Made by a program: the position numbers and the translations under genes
Notes under the pieces: model-generated
The model's database searches: none
What the model saw: only the letters and a program-made list of their open reading frames with translations
What the model was told of the DNA's origin: nothing
Shown: positions 1 through 15,333 of the stretch, piece after piece
How the letters are laid out: each line of letters opens with the position of its first letter
Position numbering within the stretch: the first letter of the stretch is position 1
DNA from: Chrysomallon squamiferum
Taxonomy: Eukaryota; Animalia; Mollusca
DNA: 64,000 nucleotides
Direction: 5' to 3'
Assembly (NCBI GenBank): GCA_012295275.1
Contig: CM022665.1
Location: 3,162,001-3,226,000 of the forward strand

Positions 1-335
1 AGTTTTATGAAAGAAAATGTTGAGATGATGTTTGTTGCAGGTTGTATCTGTAACGAACTGCAGCTAATGAAGCCATTTTGGTAGTACACTGTTCCGTGAA
101 ATAAATAAATAAATAAATAAATACATGTAGTTTTGTTGATTGCTAGTGTCACAACAGCAGCTCTCTACGTCAACACTTAGGTGTTCTGTTGGTCAGTATC
201 AGAATGTGATCTTTTGTTAACCTGATACTTTGACAAACAGATCTCTGACTGAATCACTTTGTCACCACTCAACACCACAGTGAACTCAACCCACCAACCT
301 ACAGTTTATACCATACATCCATGTGTATTTTCACA

Positions 336-747
336 CTATACACAAACAAGCATATACACACACAATTCATACAGCACACACACATGAAAGACATACCATA
401 CACACACACACTCACACACATTAAAATAACAATACACTGATATACATATTAATACACACAGTACATATAGCACACACATGAAAGACATACCATACACACA
501 CACACACACATTAAAATACCTATACACTGATATACATATTAATACACACACACACACATACAGATACACATTAATGCACACGTTAACAAACACTCACATA
601 TTAACATAATACATACTCTTACACACTAATACACAGTCAAACATTAACACACACATAACAGAGATACACGTTAAGCCATACACAAAACACACACTAACCC
701 ATGCACAATATGATTCACATACGCACATCACACACACTCGCACATTA

Positions 748-788
<41 letters not shown>
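336..788. repeat. Degenerate (CA)n low-complexity tract with an internal ~95-bp tandem duplication, ending in perfect (CA)20
   Basis: The block 'agcacacacatgaaagacataccatacac...acattaaaata...atacactgatatacatattaatacacaca' occurs at ~373-460 and ~469-550. Perfect CA run at 749-788. Confidence 0.9.
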
Positions 789-790
<2 letters not shown>

Positions 791-1160
791 CTGTACCCAT
801 TTCGTTTTCAAAATATCATGTCACACTGACAGAGCTTCCTGTCAGATTTCAGTTTACCAACTGTCATGTTACACTCATCTACGTGTCGGTTCTAATTACA
901 CATTGTCTGTTACATGATTTAAGTATGTCATCACACTGCCACCAATAATCATCGCTCTGGCAGCTTTCTCGTCTGAAATTACTCAACTCGAACAGGACAC
1001 GCTGCCCGGCAGCATACACGGCATTCCTAGGGAAAAACACAATTAATTATTGTCCATCAGCCTATGACAGCTACACCGAGGGTCCGAGGCAAGTGCTAAT
1101 AACAGCAGTCGTCCTGTCAAAGACAACTCTTTAATCAGAGTGGCCAAAGTAAACTGACTG

Positions 1161-1197
1161 ATGAGCAAACTAACTTCAAACATGAACAGAACAATTG
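1161..1197 (+). other. Candidate short exon (MSKLTSNMNRTI..) ending at a canonical donor
   Basis: Two in-frame ATGs (1161, and 1182 in a caaacATG context) are followed by TTG|GTAAGT at 1198, in a CpG-retaining island. No recognisable homology. Confidence 0.2.
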
Positions 1198-1239
1198 GTA
1201 AGTCAAAGTGGTCGGTCTTGACCAGAGAGAGTGTTTGTC

Positions 1240-1560
1240 TAATTGTGACTTGTTTGTAACAAGTAACTACTGTCGGTGTCCAGTGTTTCTAATTATAATT
1301 TGCTGTAACAAGTAACTATTGTCAGTGTTTCGAGTTACGACTTATTTGTAACAAGTAACTACTGTCGGTGTCCAGTGTTTTTTATTATAATTTGGGGTAA
1401 CAAGTAACTATTGTCAGTGTTTCTAATTACGATTTATTTGTAACAAGTAACTGCTGTTAGTGTCTCCAATTACGATTTCTTTGTAACAAGTAACTACTGC
1501 CAGCGTTCAGTGTTTTAAAAGAACAAGACATCTATGACTCGCTCATAACAAGTAAGCATT
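1240..1560 (+). repeat. Minisatellite with alternating 49/43-bp units (92-bp dimer), about 7 units
   Basis: Core GTAACAAGTAACT starts at 1256, 1305, 1348, 1397, 1440 and 1483, with a degenerate copy at ~1545. Confidence 0.92.
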
Positions 1561-2638
1561 ATCAGAAATTCAATTATATATACAACCAAACAAATTAAAA
1601 TTAGCTATAGATGATCTTTTGTTACAAATAATTTTGTTCAGAGTGGTGACTGGATCTGACGCTGGAGGTGGTCTTTTTACAGCTAATGAAATACTTAATG
1701 ATACAACAGCACGACATGGACTGAAATTAACATTTGTTTATTTGAATTATTGAATTGGAATGCTTCACGTGACTTAAATAAAAGCAGAGAAAGAATTTCA
1801 TTAATAAGAAAAAAAAAAGTTTATTAAATTTCTTTTTGTGCATTAAATAGAGTGGAAAATAAATTAGAAAATGTTCGTCTGCTGACGGAAGATTTATAAC
1901 GCAGTTTTACTGTATTTTATTATTTTTTCATTTGTAATTTTCTTTTTGTTCTTTTTGTACTATTATGCTAATGTGTTATTGTTTCTTTATTATTACCCAA
2001 ATTTCTCATTTCTGTATGTTATTTTTCAAAATATGATGAACTAAATTACCTATTATAATTATTTCTAATTAAACATTATTTATCAAACAACATTTATTTC
2101 CTTCAAATATCCATAATAAAAATGATGTTTTTGTTTTTTTCTTCCAAATCGACCAGTCATGATCAGTAATGTAACCAATATTTTCTTAAAATGTTCAAAA
2201 CGAGCTGCTTTTTCTGCATTGAAAGATATATTTGTTTCTAAATCAACCAATCATGCTGTAATGAGTGAATTTCACAAGTGTCAGTGCTGATAGTGTCCAA
2301 TTGCTACTTCATATCGCTGGATGTTGATACTAGTGTATTACCCCAGATGTTGACAAATCATATGTAATCAAGGGATGAAGCAGAGACTGGCCTTTGTCCA
2401 CCTCACATCTGCTGGACACAACCACCTGTTTAAACTAGAAAACAATGACAGGAAAAAGAAGACTATCAAAAGAAATTCAACAGTACAGAGATCTTTTTTT
2501 TTTTCTTTTTTTAATAGCTTATAATGTGTTATAAAAAAGTAAGTGCAGAAAAGAACATTTTAATAGATAAAGGTAGTCAATAAACAAATGTATGCACACA
2601 CTCACGCACATATATAATTATGTATGTATGTGCGTGTG

Positions 2639-2640
<2 letters not shown>

Positions 2641-2676
<36 letters not shown>
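2641..2676. repeat. (TG)18 microsatellite
   Basis: Direct reading. Confidence 0.97.
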
Positions 2677-2679
<3 letters not shown>

Positions 2680-4019
2680 ACTATTAATAAAATATCCCTG
2701 GTTTTGAAATGATCAGTCAGAGATACTTTTTACTGCTTATATTGATATTCTGTCTGTGGTATCTAACAACCACTGTAAGTTATTGTAAAATCTGTAGTAT
2801 TAGCCACCAACTCTCTGAAAACATGCAGATCCACACGAAGTGCGCATTTCTTGTACCAGACACTATTACCAATCTTCACATAAAAGAAAAAAAAAGAAAC
2901 ATTTAAACTCCAAAATTAAGCCCAAATTAGAAGAAAAAAAAAAATCTAGGAGTATGAAATTAAACATGATTCGAATTAATTATCTGCTAACATTTAATCA
3001 TCTCCTAATATCTTTACTGACTGGTTCATGCTTCATTTGATATTGTTACGGGGTGCTAAATCTTTCTCGAGTTCGTCAGCCGAATACGAAGTGCAGTCAG
3101 GCAGTCACCAGGGAAACCACAATGAAATCTGGATGAATCCCATAGGAATTACAGCTTCATTCTGACAGTGACACTGTTTTCATTGATGCTGGTCAGATCT
3201 TGCAAGACGCGAGGCCCCAATGCTTGAGTTACCACTCTCTGTTACAAATCAAAGAGAAATATGAACACTAATACACTGTGTCACATGCTCTGCGATATTG
3301 GCCGCCATTAATAATGAACACTTGTAACAACTGCTGTCAGAAAACTAAGTGGTCAGTGCTGCTACATTTAGGCTGATATGGCTGTTGTATGAGGAATATG
3401 AAAGCTCATTAAGTATTTAAGAGGCAGGATACGCAAAGAACTGGGTCCACTGTTGAAGGGAAACTTTAATCAATTTCTTTGCTTTAAGTGCTCACAAATC
3501 CCTTAAGAGTTGCAGGAAATGACCAAAGATATAATTCTATGTTAGCTGACCAGACAATACAACACTGACATCCATCAAGGCCATTTAATGATTGGCTACA
3601 CAGGTGAGCTATGGATTGGTGGAAAGTTATCCGGATGTCAACATGTTTCCAATCTCTCACTCTATTAATTATCAATTTGTAAATAAATACTTAGTGTTTG
3701 CAAATCAATTTTCCTTCCATATTTCCCTGGCAGTTTTTATTATCATAATTTTACTATTTTTTATTTTTTTTTTATATATTCTTTATTCTCAATCAATCAT
3801 TTTTTATTACTTGTTTTTAATACGATTTCCATGAAAATGTGCTGTTTTCAGTTGTTGTTTTTTTATCATAGATTATTATTTTATTTTTATAAGCTGTTTG
3901 TCGACAGTTTTGAATTATGAATTTAAAAAAAAAAAAAAAAAAAGTAGTTGTATATATATGTATAGAACATTTATAGCACTAGCATGTTTTCTCCATCTTT
4001 GATGATTAGTTCACTCGGT

Positions 4020-4215
4020 TGGATAATGGATGGATGGAAGAAATGATAGAGAGAATGATGGATGATGAATCGGTGGGTTAAGAAAGGAGTGAAAGAACAG
4101 ACGACAGGTGGATGGAAGGATGAAATAATGGATAGGAAACGCGTGATGAGAGGATAAAAGAATGAATAAACAATAAACGGATGGAAAGATGAATGACTGG
4201 ACAGACTGATGTACG
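4020..4215. repeat. Degenerate (GGAT)n tract
   Basis: Repeated ggatgga/gatgaat. Complementary (ATCC)n versions occur at ~16520-16700 and ~47600-47750. Confidence 0.7.
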
Positions 4216-6064
4216 TATGTACAAATAAACCAAGACATCGTGGCTCATAGATGTATATGTAACCTCTAAGAAATTGTGTTACAAGATGATGAAAATGAAA
4301 ATATAAGAAATGTATTTAGGAGGTTGCATGTCAAAATAACATTACAGGTGACAGTTTGTCTGCAGAGTCAACTTTCAAGTGGTTGCATGATGCAGGGGAT
4401 CTCTTACATACCATTCACCTCTACATAATTAACCAGGTTACCAAGGTCATCTAGTTCACTGTTTTTAACTCAAAACTGTCATAAAGAAAAAAATCTATAA
4501 TCTGCTTGTCAGTATTTCATTTCTGAAAAATATCTTTGTGCAATTTGTTCAAATTATTTGTTATGCACTTTATGTTAAACGACTAAGAGTTATCAACCTT
4601 TGTCATCAGCTCTTTTGTTAAGAAGTTATGAATCCCAACTAAGATAAAACGTTTTTTTTGTGTGTGTGTGTGTTGTTGTTTTTTAAAATATTTTCCTAAA
4701 AAGAAAATATATATTTAAATCAAACTAAAAATATGTTTTCTTTGTAGGAACTTTAAAAAAAAAAAAAAAAAAAAAAAAAATAAAAAAAATGTATCTTGAA
4801 TATAAATTTTGATAATCCTGCAGTTGACATTAAAACTTGTAAATGTTTCTATTCAGTCATGCACAGTTCAATACATTTGAAACATAGTTTGGGTTTTTCT
4901 TGTAAAAGAAAAAGCAAAATGTTCTGAAAATACAGTTCTATGGACACATTAATATGCTATGAAAGAAAATTTGATATTTAAAATTAATATTTATCTACAT
5001 TCATAAACAAAATAATTATTTCAAGGCTGAAAACTTTTGGCTGCGTTTTGGTTTGTTTTTTTAGCTGTTTAGCACAAAATGTTTTACAAAGCTTGTAATC
5101 TTTAACACACTGAGTAAAAAAAAAGAGTATAAATCCAGTATGGCTACTTAGAAAAAGAAACTACAATAACAGTCCTTTGATGTTTCAACATGGGTATTTT
5201 CTGCTGTAATCTGCTGATGGTAATTAGTACAATAATCACAGCTAGCTCTAATTTTCAGAGAAAACGTCGCTCTTCAGTTGTCAGGAAAGCTTAACACAGC
5301 CACTAACTAGAAAACAACACATCTGTGTAAGCCACCAGATGGCAGGACTGTCGCAGAGGAAGATCGTGGCAGTTATTCAATTTCTTTCTGTTCATATTTG
5401 AACTGACATTTATCCAATTACTTCACCTTTTTCGACCGAAGACCTAAAGTCAATAAGTTATTTCAGTCTCCTGAATGTATTACATGTGGGGTGGGGGAGA
5501 CAGAGAAAGAAACAGCCTGTGCATGATGCTCACTTTGTTTACGACTGACATCACCACAGCATGTCGATTCTTTTTTTTTTTTTTTTTTTTTAATACTCTC
5601 ACACACCTGACAAAACCTCTTGGTAATGAAGCAATCGGAAATTAATTGAAAACTAATTTCAGTAAAGAAAATCACAGCAAGAGATGAGGCAAGCGCCAGT
5701 GTGCATGTCACAACAGTTTGACTGTTGCTCAACACAGAAACATGCCAAGCGATCCAGAAAGAACTTGGCATGTTGGTTTTACACGTGTTACAGAAAATAA
5801 TTAAATTTAAAACGCTTCTCCTTAGTTTAAATATAAACAGATCTTCTGACACAATGCCTGTACCACCTTATGAATTATTTTTGAGTAAGCGTTATTTAAA
5901 TCATCATCTGTACATGATACTATTACAGTAATTATGAATATTATGTTTATTGTTATTGTTGTTGCTGTTGTTGCAGTTATTATTATTACTGTTAGTAGAA
6001 CAGAACTATTTTTTATTATTATTATTACTAAAACATGTGATGAGGGAATCAAATTTTTAGTACT

Positions 6065-6116
6065 ATTATTTATTATTATTCTTATCATTATAATCATTAT
6101 TATTATCATCATCATT

Positions 6117-6151
<35 letters not shown>

Positions 6152-6165
6152 TATTATTATTACTA
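6065..6165. repeat. Compound (ATT)n/(ATC)n microsatellite
   Basis: Direct reading. It explains the poly-M and poly-I ORFs at 5822-6179. Confidence 0.95.
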
Positions 6166-6499
6166 CAATATTTCAATGAAGAGGAATAAAATCCAAATCA
6201 TATTAACATTTCTATTGTTATTAATTTAATTTTATGTTTTACATTCACAATATTAATAATTTATGATTAATCTTTATGTCTTGTTTCTGATAAAAGCATG
6301 TTGTTACATCTAATTTTGAATATCATGCAGTCTGTGTAGCAGGCCTGTGTTTATTTATGTCGTATTAATGAATATTACTGATAATGAAGCATACAGTCGG
6401 TTATTTGAATTAAAATTAAATTTTAAGGCTACCATGGAAACTATTAATAACTTCTTGGTGCGTGGAGGTAAGATTTTTTATGTCTATTTATAAACATGC

Positions 6500-6840
6500 A
6501 TCTGCATGTACAATTTGTCTGTTGTGTATGTGAACTCAGCATGTGTTTGTTTTGTTTGTTTTTTTTTGTATGTGTATTGTGTTTTTGTGTTTTGTTTGTG
6601 TTATATTGTGTGCATGTAATGTTGCTTATGTGTTTGAGTATGCGTCTGTATGTATGTATGTGTGTGTGTGTGTGTATATTGTATATTGTGTTTGTGTATA
6701 TATACGTATGTAGTATGTGTGTGTGTGTGTGTATATATATAGATATATGTATGTATGTATGTATGTATGTGTGTGTGTGTGTCTATATATAGATATATGT
6801 ATATTTTCATATGTATGTATGTATGTATGTTTGCATGTTT
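6500..6840. repeat. Degenerate (TG)n/(TATG)n tract
   Basis: Direct reading. Similar tracts occur at 26200-26560, 45875-46060 and 59766-59945. Confidence 0.9.
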
Positions 6841-9800
6841 GTTTATTTAAGAAGATTTTAAGGGGATTTGTCTTTAGTTTTGAACGCAGACAGTCGAAAC
6901 TGTACTCATGGGAACATTTAGTTTTCCCCTCAGGAGTTGTTTCTTCCACACAAAAATATTTTTTTTCTATTGTTAATAAATGATAGTATTCTTTACAAAG
7001 TCTCCATGTTGACATGTCTCTCTGCTTACAGCATGAGTTCTCAACAAGTGAAAAGAAACAAGCACAACACTTTTACCTATAATGAACTGGAGATAAAAAA
7101 AATAAAAAAATCTTTTCAGATGCTTTGTCCCTAGTCAAGTGCCTTGTTTATGGACTCCCTTAATCTGGCAAAACATTTCCCTTGTGATTCATCACAAATT
7201 TAATTTCCTTCTTTCACACAGTAAACCTATTTACTGAGATAGGGATAATAGAAGTTTTTCTTTCTCTAAGTTTCCACTGAGGGTTTTTTTTTTTTTTTTT
7301 TTTTTCAAAGGGATTAACAAAATGTCTGGCAGTCCTATACTAGCACATCTTGTGTGGTGTGTGACAATGAAAATATAATGCTAATTCATGGCTCATAGAC
7401 AGTTAAAGAAAACTAGTTTCTGACTTTGTAGTGCAGATTATAGGCTTCAGTAAATTAGACAAAGTGAGCAAAAACTTTATGAAAACCTCAGAGAAACGTA
7501 AGTGTGTGAATTTCTTCCCATCAACAAAAACCTCGAATAAGTTTGACTGATTTTAGAAGTCAAGTAGTTTTTGTCTGTGAGTTGTGTTTGTGTGAAGATG
7601 TAAGTATAAAAAAACAAAAACAACAACAACAAAAAAAACAGAGCAGTGTTATGAATTTAGGGTAATTATCTTTTTAAAACTTAAAAGAATTGCCATTCAA
7701 AATTAATAATTAATAGATTGTTTATTTTTAATAGGCATATTTCCTGAAAAGAGGAACAGAAGATTAAACCATCTTTTTTCCAACACAAATATGATTAAAT
7801 TTAACAGTTAAATCTTAGGTCACACCAATGTTGAAAATCTGCTACAATAATAACAATAAATAAATAAATAAATAAATAAATAAAATAAAACAATAAAATA
7901 TAATAAAATTTAAAAAAATAAAACAAAAATAAAATAAACAATCAAAAGCATTAGATACACATATAGAATTTAAAAAATTGAAACAAAACAACCCATAAAA
8001 AAAATTAAATAAAAATTTTAAAAATTCACAAAACAAACTATATTAATACAAATTTCAAGATTACAGTATAAAGAAAGGTGTTCAAAATAATATATGACCA
8101 GCTTACTCCTAAAGATCATTAAGGAATCTTTCATTAATAATAATTTAATATGAAGAATACTTTACACCTCACTACCAGTATTCACATCAAAAAAAAAAAA
8201 AAATAGTAATTGTTATAATTCGTTCCTTTTAAAATATTTTGCTCTCAATATTTTCCAGGATTATAAACTCAACCAACACATTATAAAATTCAGTTTCAGA
8301 AAAAAATAGTTTACTTATGTTTATTGTGTTAGACAGAATATCCAGAAAATATAAAAAATATAATAATCCACATACAAGAAAAATTAATTAAGAGTTTTAC
8401 ATAGATATATCTCCATTTCTAAACCGAGCCTGAAGCAAACTCAACAACATATCTAAGAAAAAAATGAAAAAAAAACACACATCCTGCTAAAAACATGAAC
8501 TCTAATTACATTAATATCCTAAAGGCTTTTTCTTTATTTCATGTTTATTTAATTTATCCTTCGAACAGATTTATCACCATCACCACCTTTTCCTCAAAAT
8601 CAAACTAATAAACTTTCCTTTGGTCATTGTATCACACTTTTAAATGACCAACTGCAGACAGGCTTGAAAGGAAAGGGGGAGAAAATGCCCACCTAGGGGA
8701 TTCCAGCACATTTAAACAGTTTGTTCAGCATAAAGAATGGGGTCTGGTGTACCCTTACAAACCCCTTGTTGCTAACACCACGAGGAAGCTGAATCACATA
8801 ACAATTGACACTGGTCCAGTCGAAAGGGATCGTCACACTTCAACAAATTGGGGTCAACACCTGTCGGATCAGGTAGATATTCTCCCACACAAAACAACAG
8901 AAAATCTTTGAGCAGAGTTTTCTAAACACCACATCAAACTTTTCCGAATTACGCGCCTTTTATTATTATGATTATTATTGTTATTATTATTATTATTATT
9001 ACTGATTATTAAATTACGTTTAAGTGAAAATAAGTTTTGGAAATGTTAAATTATGTGAGGTACTGAAGTGAATGAAAACAGCAGATTCAAAGAATAATTA
9101 TCTCATACAGTGAATGAAGAAGAAAGGAAAGCATTAACCGTGATGTTTGATAAATCATTTATGAGACATAGGGTAGAATGGGAAATAGGGCAATGACAGC
9201 ACTGTGGAGAACTGATTTATGTGTGTGTGTGTGTTTTATGAGTAAGTATATACTGAAAAGGATAAATCAATTCATGCAAATAATAATAAAACTATTATTT
9301 GTACATTTTTTCCATAATTATATTAACTAATTATATCACAAAAAAACATGAAATTGTTTTCATTGAGTACATAAGAAACAAAACAACATACTATAAAAAA
9401 AAAGTTACAAATTAATTTTGAAAACAGAAAAAAAAAAGAAAAAAAAAATGACCAAGCCATTAAAACAAATAATAAAAATACCAAAAAATAATAATAAAAA
9501 ATAAAAATTTAAAAAAAAAGAGAAAAATTAAAAAAGAAGATAAATCTCATGAGAAAAATCAAATAGTTGATGATGAATAGCTAAATTAACAATGACTCAG
9601 GTATCACCTGTCCTGTGCAGAACATCAAAGAATGTCTACCTGTAGCTAATTAGAAAATAATGAGCTGCAGGGGAAATTACCTTCACATCCTGCAGGTGCA
9701 AAATAAAATATATATTCATATACTGAGTACAGTACCTGTACATTACAACCACTGCGCATAAAGGACAAAACAAGCCAGTGAGATGTCAGTACAAGGAAAG

Positions 9801-10613
9801 TAATTATCTTCTCTGTGGGGACGGTGAACTGTTTGGTGGTTGTTTTTTTGTGTCTCGCTGAAATCTGGGTGACTTCTTCAAGCATGTCAAATAAAACTGT
9901 CACCACAACTGTTACAGCCTGCTGGGTTATGTTGTAGTTGGTGACTGTCAGAGGAAATAGAGCAAATTGATTTTTCTATCTGAAAAGAACATCTATAAGT
10001 CAGTATTTTCATCTGCTTCTAAATGTCCTTAGTTACCACGTAGGGATCCAGTGGGACACACCCAGCACGACCTCACCCTCCCCCCCTCCCCGATTTTTGT
10101 CAACTGGTGTCATTGGGTCTTTTTGTTTCTTTTTTTTATATCAAAACTCGTTTCGTTTTGAAAATTAAATTGTCCATCACACACTGGCATTTCTGAAACC
10201 CTGGGTCTTCTGTCAAAGATGAGAAGAAAAAACACATGATAACAAATCACTGACTGAGAGATTGTGAGATGAACAGAACGATCTATGGGAACTGAACTAA
10301 ATAAATAAGTACTGTCTCACGAATAGAACATTTAAAACTGTTCATTCTTTAAAAAAAGTAGGATTAATTTTTTATTTTTAAGTTATACAAAAAAGAATAA
10401 AGATTGAATAAAAAAAATAATAATAATAAAAATAGAAAGAAAAAACATCCCAGCAACTAAAAATAAAATTCTCTTAATTTCCTATATTAATATATAAATT
10501 AATTAATTAACATTCTGTATGTGTGATAGATTTTCAAGGAAAAGATGTGACTGTTTTAAAAAAAAAATCAAAATCATATGCACACATACATAAACACATT
10601 TATGTATAAACGT

Positions 10614-10654
<41 letters not shown>

Positions 10655-12175
10655 GAAGAATACACAAGAAATGACAATCCACAGAAGATAGACAGAATCT
10701 GTTCAATATTTCTTCAAATTGAAATGACATATATTTCATAAATTGACCTGTACAAAATTTCACCAAATTGAGCTATCTGTACAACATTTGTTTTACAAAC
10801 CAACTGACCACCAACTACTTTTTTTGAAGAAAAAAAATGACATTTTTCACTATCTGATGGAGAAAGGATAGTTCAGCTAGTAGCCATGGGCCAACATTCT
10901 GACATTAATTGGTCTGGAATCACCCCCGCATAGCCAGAAGCAGGCATCAAAGAGCTGGTCACACCTGCTTCATGCAATGATTTCTAATTCCACAGTTAGG
11001 TGGGGAGTAGATGTACTGATTATAGGAGATTGGTGGATATAATACAGACATAAAGGATCTCCTAGGGTCAGCTTCTGTGTATAATTAGCTTTATTGATAT
11101 CAGCAGAAATAACTAATACCAAAACCAATTTACCCATGTAAGTATTTATCTCCTCTAAATCTTTTCACTAAAAATAGTAAACAGTGGGTGGGCAAACAGC
11201 TTTCTATAGAAGGATTATGGAATTCTAGATATAATTACAGTGTTATTATCTCCAAGTTAAAATGAGCTGCTACTGTTAATACTATAATAGATGCAGTGCT
11301 TCTCATAGCGGCTAATGATAATAAAACATCAGAAAATGAAATTAAACACACAATTATTATTTTAATAAAGAGAAGGAAAAAAAAAAGAGAATAGATTCTT
11401 GGTAATAATTATTAGGTTACATTATCTGTAACTTAATATATCTTGATTATTATAAGAAGCAATATTTTATAATCTTTTTACATTTTCCTTCATGTGTTAA
11501 TATTGTAAGTAATACACAGTTGTTATTTTATAAATATGTCACAATTAATTGTTATTAGAAATAAAATAATTGCATTTAAAAAAATGTATATGTACATATA
11601 TAAAGAATTATTTAGAATGAAACTAAGTATAATATTTTTTTTCTCTCATTTAATATTAATATTAATATTTTGTGTTACAACATTTTTATCAGTTCATTAC
11701 TGTATTTTCATAATTTGTGTTTACTATAGGTAATACACTTACTGTGAATTAAAACAATATCTTAACAGTCTGATTATTTTAAATGTTTTAATTGTTTAAA
11801 AATAATTTTGATTAAAATAAAATATATGTGTGTGTGTGTTAATATTTTGTAGCAGTTTGTTTAGTTTTGATAAAGCTAATAGATTTTTATTTTTTATTAT
11901 TATATATCTGATATAATTGTAATTTGTATCTGTGTGTTCATCTCTGACCTTATCCTGTGCACTTTCAAGTATGAATGTGTGTGTGTGTGTATAAAGTTTC
12001 AGTCTGTGAACCCATATATTTGTTTTAATCTGGCTACAAACATATACACATACACAGACAGATAAACACTTACACAAACACATACAAACTCCCTCCTTTA
12101 CACTTGTACACACACCTATATATGGACACACACACACACACACATATAAACACACAAACACAAACATACTTGTAA

Positions 12176-12212
<37 letters not shown>

Positions 12213-13656
12213 GCACAGAGAACCATAAACAAAAATATTAGATATACATAAATATTTAGTTTGTACATACACTTATTTATTTATTTAATTTATTTTTATT
12301 TATTATTTATTAAACAAAAAGCCAGAAGAGACAGAAATTACACAAAATGTCTGATCTGTGTACATAGCTCTAGGGTGAAGGATTACTGAAGTAAGAATGT
12401 GAAGACAATGAGAGGAAATCTTTGTGTTACCTAAACAGCTCGAGGTAAAACCAGAGTGATCCTCTCTTGTAATGTTACACTTATCTAATCTCAACTGTCA
12501 TAACTCCCAGTCTAATCTTAATGATGGAAAAATTAGAAATAAACCCTCAGGTCTGCAGATAATCTCTCGAATTTTTGAAATAATTCAAAATAGTAAAACT
12601 TTAAGATGTGTATGTTAATGATTATCATTTTTTAAAAACATTTATGTATTCATTTTATTTAAAATGATGAGATAAATTAATAAATATCTGTATCTATTTA
12701 TCATCTCCCTGCAAAAATACATACATACAAACATACATACATATATACACACAGACACACACACACACACACAGACACATTCATACAGACATACAAACAT
12801 ACATACATACAACATTCAGACATATGTACTTATGTATACTTTATTAAAGTGATAAACTTTTTAAATATATTTTTATATACATATAACAGAAGAGAAAAAA
12901 TTGTGATAAATTTCAAAAATTCGTGAAACTCTAAAATATTATATTATTACAACTACCTTCCTCATTTCCAAAAAAATCAGAAGTTGGCTCTACCAGGTTT
13001 TAAAATTTAGATCTGAAATGCTCTATTAAGAAAAAATATGGAAAACAATTTTAAATTTAGTGACATGAAAAAAAAAAAAAACATTTAAAAAAAACAAAAC
13101 AAATTCTGTTGCTTTTTTTTGTTTGTTTGCTATAAAAGCTATAAAAAAATACCAATAACACTTAATTAATCCCTCTAGAGATCAGTTTGACTTTTTTGTC
13201 CAAATGAAGGAATAATGTAAACTGTTTACACAACTTTCAGATACAGCAGCACAGTCAGTGGCAGAGGTAGGTGTGATGCAACCTGACACAGGCGAAAAGC
13301 TCTTGAGGCTGTTACAACATCAAACAGAGACAGGGATACTGTCAGAAACAAAGACTGTAAGATAGATGTGTTTATAGGAGGAGACACAGAGGTGATGGTC
13401 ATCACAGGGAGTGGTCAGCTGGAGTGGTCAGTTGACTTGCAATAAGTGTGTCTGGAGAAGGTGTCACTCACTGGTCAAATAGCTGCTGTGACAGAGAAGT
13501 GTTATTACTGTGAAAACAAATAATAGATGCGTTGTTTGCCGAAGATAATAATTGATGTGTTTATGTTAGAGGTGTTGGTGATCAAACTGCTGTTTTAACT
13601 GGAGGTGTTGTTAGCTGAATAATGCAGGTTTAGTCAAACAAACTGGGAAGAAAGTG

Positions 13657-14100
13657 AGATTAAAATAAAAAATATAATAACAAATGAAAAGAAGTTGTTT
13701 AGTTTAAAAAAATATATAGAGAGATCCAATAACAGAGAATGCTATGTTAATATAAAAAAATTAGTAAAAAACCTGAACTTATTTAGTTAAAGAAAAAAAG
13801 AGAAAGCTGTATTAAAATAAAAACTAAGTAAAAAAGTTATTTATTTAAAGAATAGATATAATAAGAGAGGAAGGCAGATTAAAATAAAAACTCAGTAAAA
13901 ATGTCATTTAGTTAAAAATACATAAAGATAAAATTAAGAGAGAAAGTTATGCGAAAAGAAAAACAAAGTTAAACAAAAGTTATTTAGTTAAAAACAAACA
14001 CAGAGATAATAAAACAGAAAGAAAGATATATCAAAATAAAAACTAAGCCAAAAAAATCAAGTTATTTAGTTAAACAATATAAAGACAGAATAAAAAGAGA
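13657..14100 (+). repeat. Degenerate A-rich minisatellite, 60-85-bp units
   Basis: Core GTTATTTAGTTAAA or variants at ~13694, 13778, 13836, 13903, 13979 and 14061. Most are followed by AGAGAAAG..TAAAATAAAAACT-like sequence. Confidence 0.75.
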
Positions 14101-15205
14101 GAGAGAGGGGGAAAAAAGAAAGGAGCACAAATTAGTAAGAAAACAAAAAATAAGAAAAAACTAAATAAAATGATAAAGGCAAGTATTTGAGCAAGTATTT
14201 GTTAAACTACATTCAACACATTGTAACATTGATGATTATAATCAGTCACATGTAATGATAATGATGATGTAAAATGAAAAACCAGTTAACATGGTTATCT
14301 AAGTATGACGTTTGTATTACATACAAGACTTAATGACATACAGTCCTAGCATATTAAAACATAATAAAAATCCTTTCATTAGAAATAAAGTTTTAAAATT
14401 TATAAACCATTAAATGATGTCTTACAAACAGATAGAAACTTCATTAATTCAGCAGATATTTTGGTGTTTTGTTGTAAGACAACAGAAACAAAACATTGAA
14501 TGTCTTGTGTAAATGTTTATCCCTGATTGTGTGTCTGTTTCTACCAGTCTAGGTGATATGTCTGTATACAAATCCAAAGATTAAAGTGATAATCCTTTTT
14601 AATTTGTTGTCACTCAAATCTGATTTTTTTATACAAAACTCTACTGATTGCCAAGGTGTAACCGCAATTCCAAAAAAAGATAAAAACCATCAAGATTCTT
14701 ACAATTTTCAAAATATAAAACTAATCAAGGGGTGCTTTGTTTTCATATCAGTTTATTTATTTATTAAAATTTGTGGAACATATACACAGTTTAAAATAAT
14801 TTAGGCCGTTTACATTCAATAAATATATGTGTTATCTTTTTTTTTTACACTATTGTCTTTTTTAAACAAACAAGTTTTTACTTAGTTTTTCTTTTAACTT
14901 TGTAATCTTTCACACAGATTCTTTTACAGTAACCTAACAAGTGATTTTTTAAATTTAAAATATCAGTCAGTTACAGGAATAAACTATTGTAAACTTTGCA
15001 AATGATGATTTTTTTTTTTTTTTCATTCAGTTGTTTGTTCCAATACACCCATTCAAACAGACATCTTCTCAAATAAACGCCATTGTAATAAAATCAAAAA
15101 AAGTTGAAATATCCTATATTCTGCAGCATTCAAAAATGAAATAAAATATTATTTACACATCTCAGAGTTTGATTCAGCGTACATATATCTGTTATCAATA
15201 TACAG

Positions 15206-15333
15206 ATGAAGCTGGTTTTAACAGTGCAAAACAATGAGACCTGGCACTTTGTGCTTATGATGATCAATGTAGCACACAGATGAATGGACCTAGTCAAGCC
15301 ACAACACTCAACATTCAAAACTGAATCTGACAG
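15206..15333 (+). other. Candidate exon, non-coding or UTR
   Basis: Weak acceptor atatacAG, strong donor CAG|GTAAGC. All three frames contain stops. Confidence 0.2.

Noticed and set aside
880-1026. Minus-strand acceptor (ttttccctAG) followed by ~49 open codons
   Set aside because: No recognisable homology and only a weak donor. The island looks regulatory.
1642-1753. Peptide VVTGSDAGGGLFTANEIL after an acceptor-like site, resembling the SDR TGxxxGxG motif
   Set aside because: It runs into a stop with no good donor, its phase is incompatible with the 1197 donor, and I found no other SDR motifs. Probably chance.
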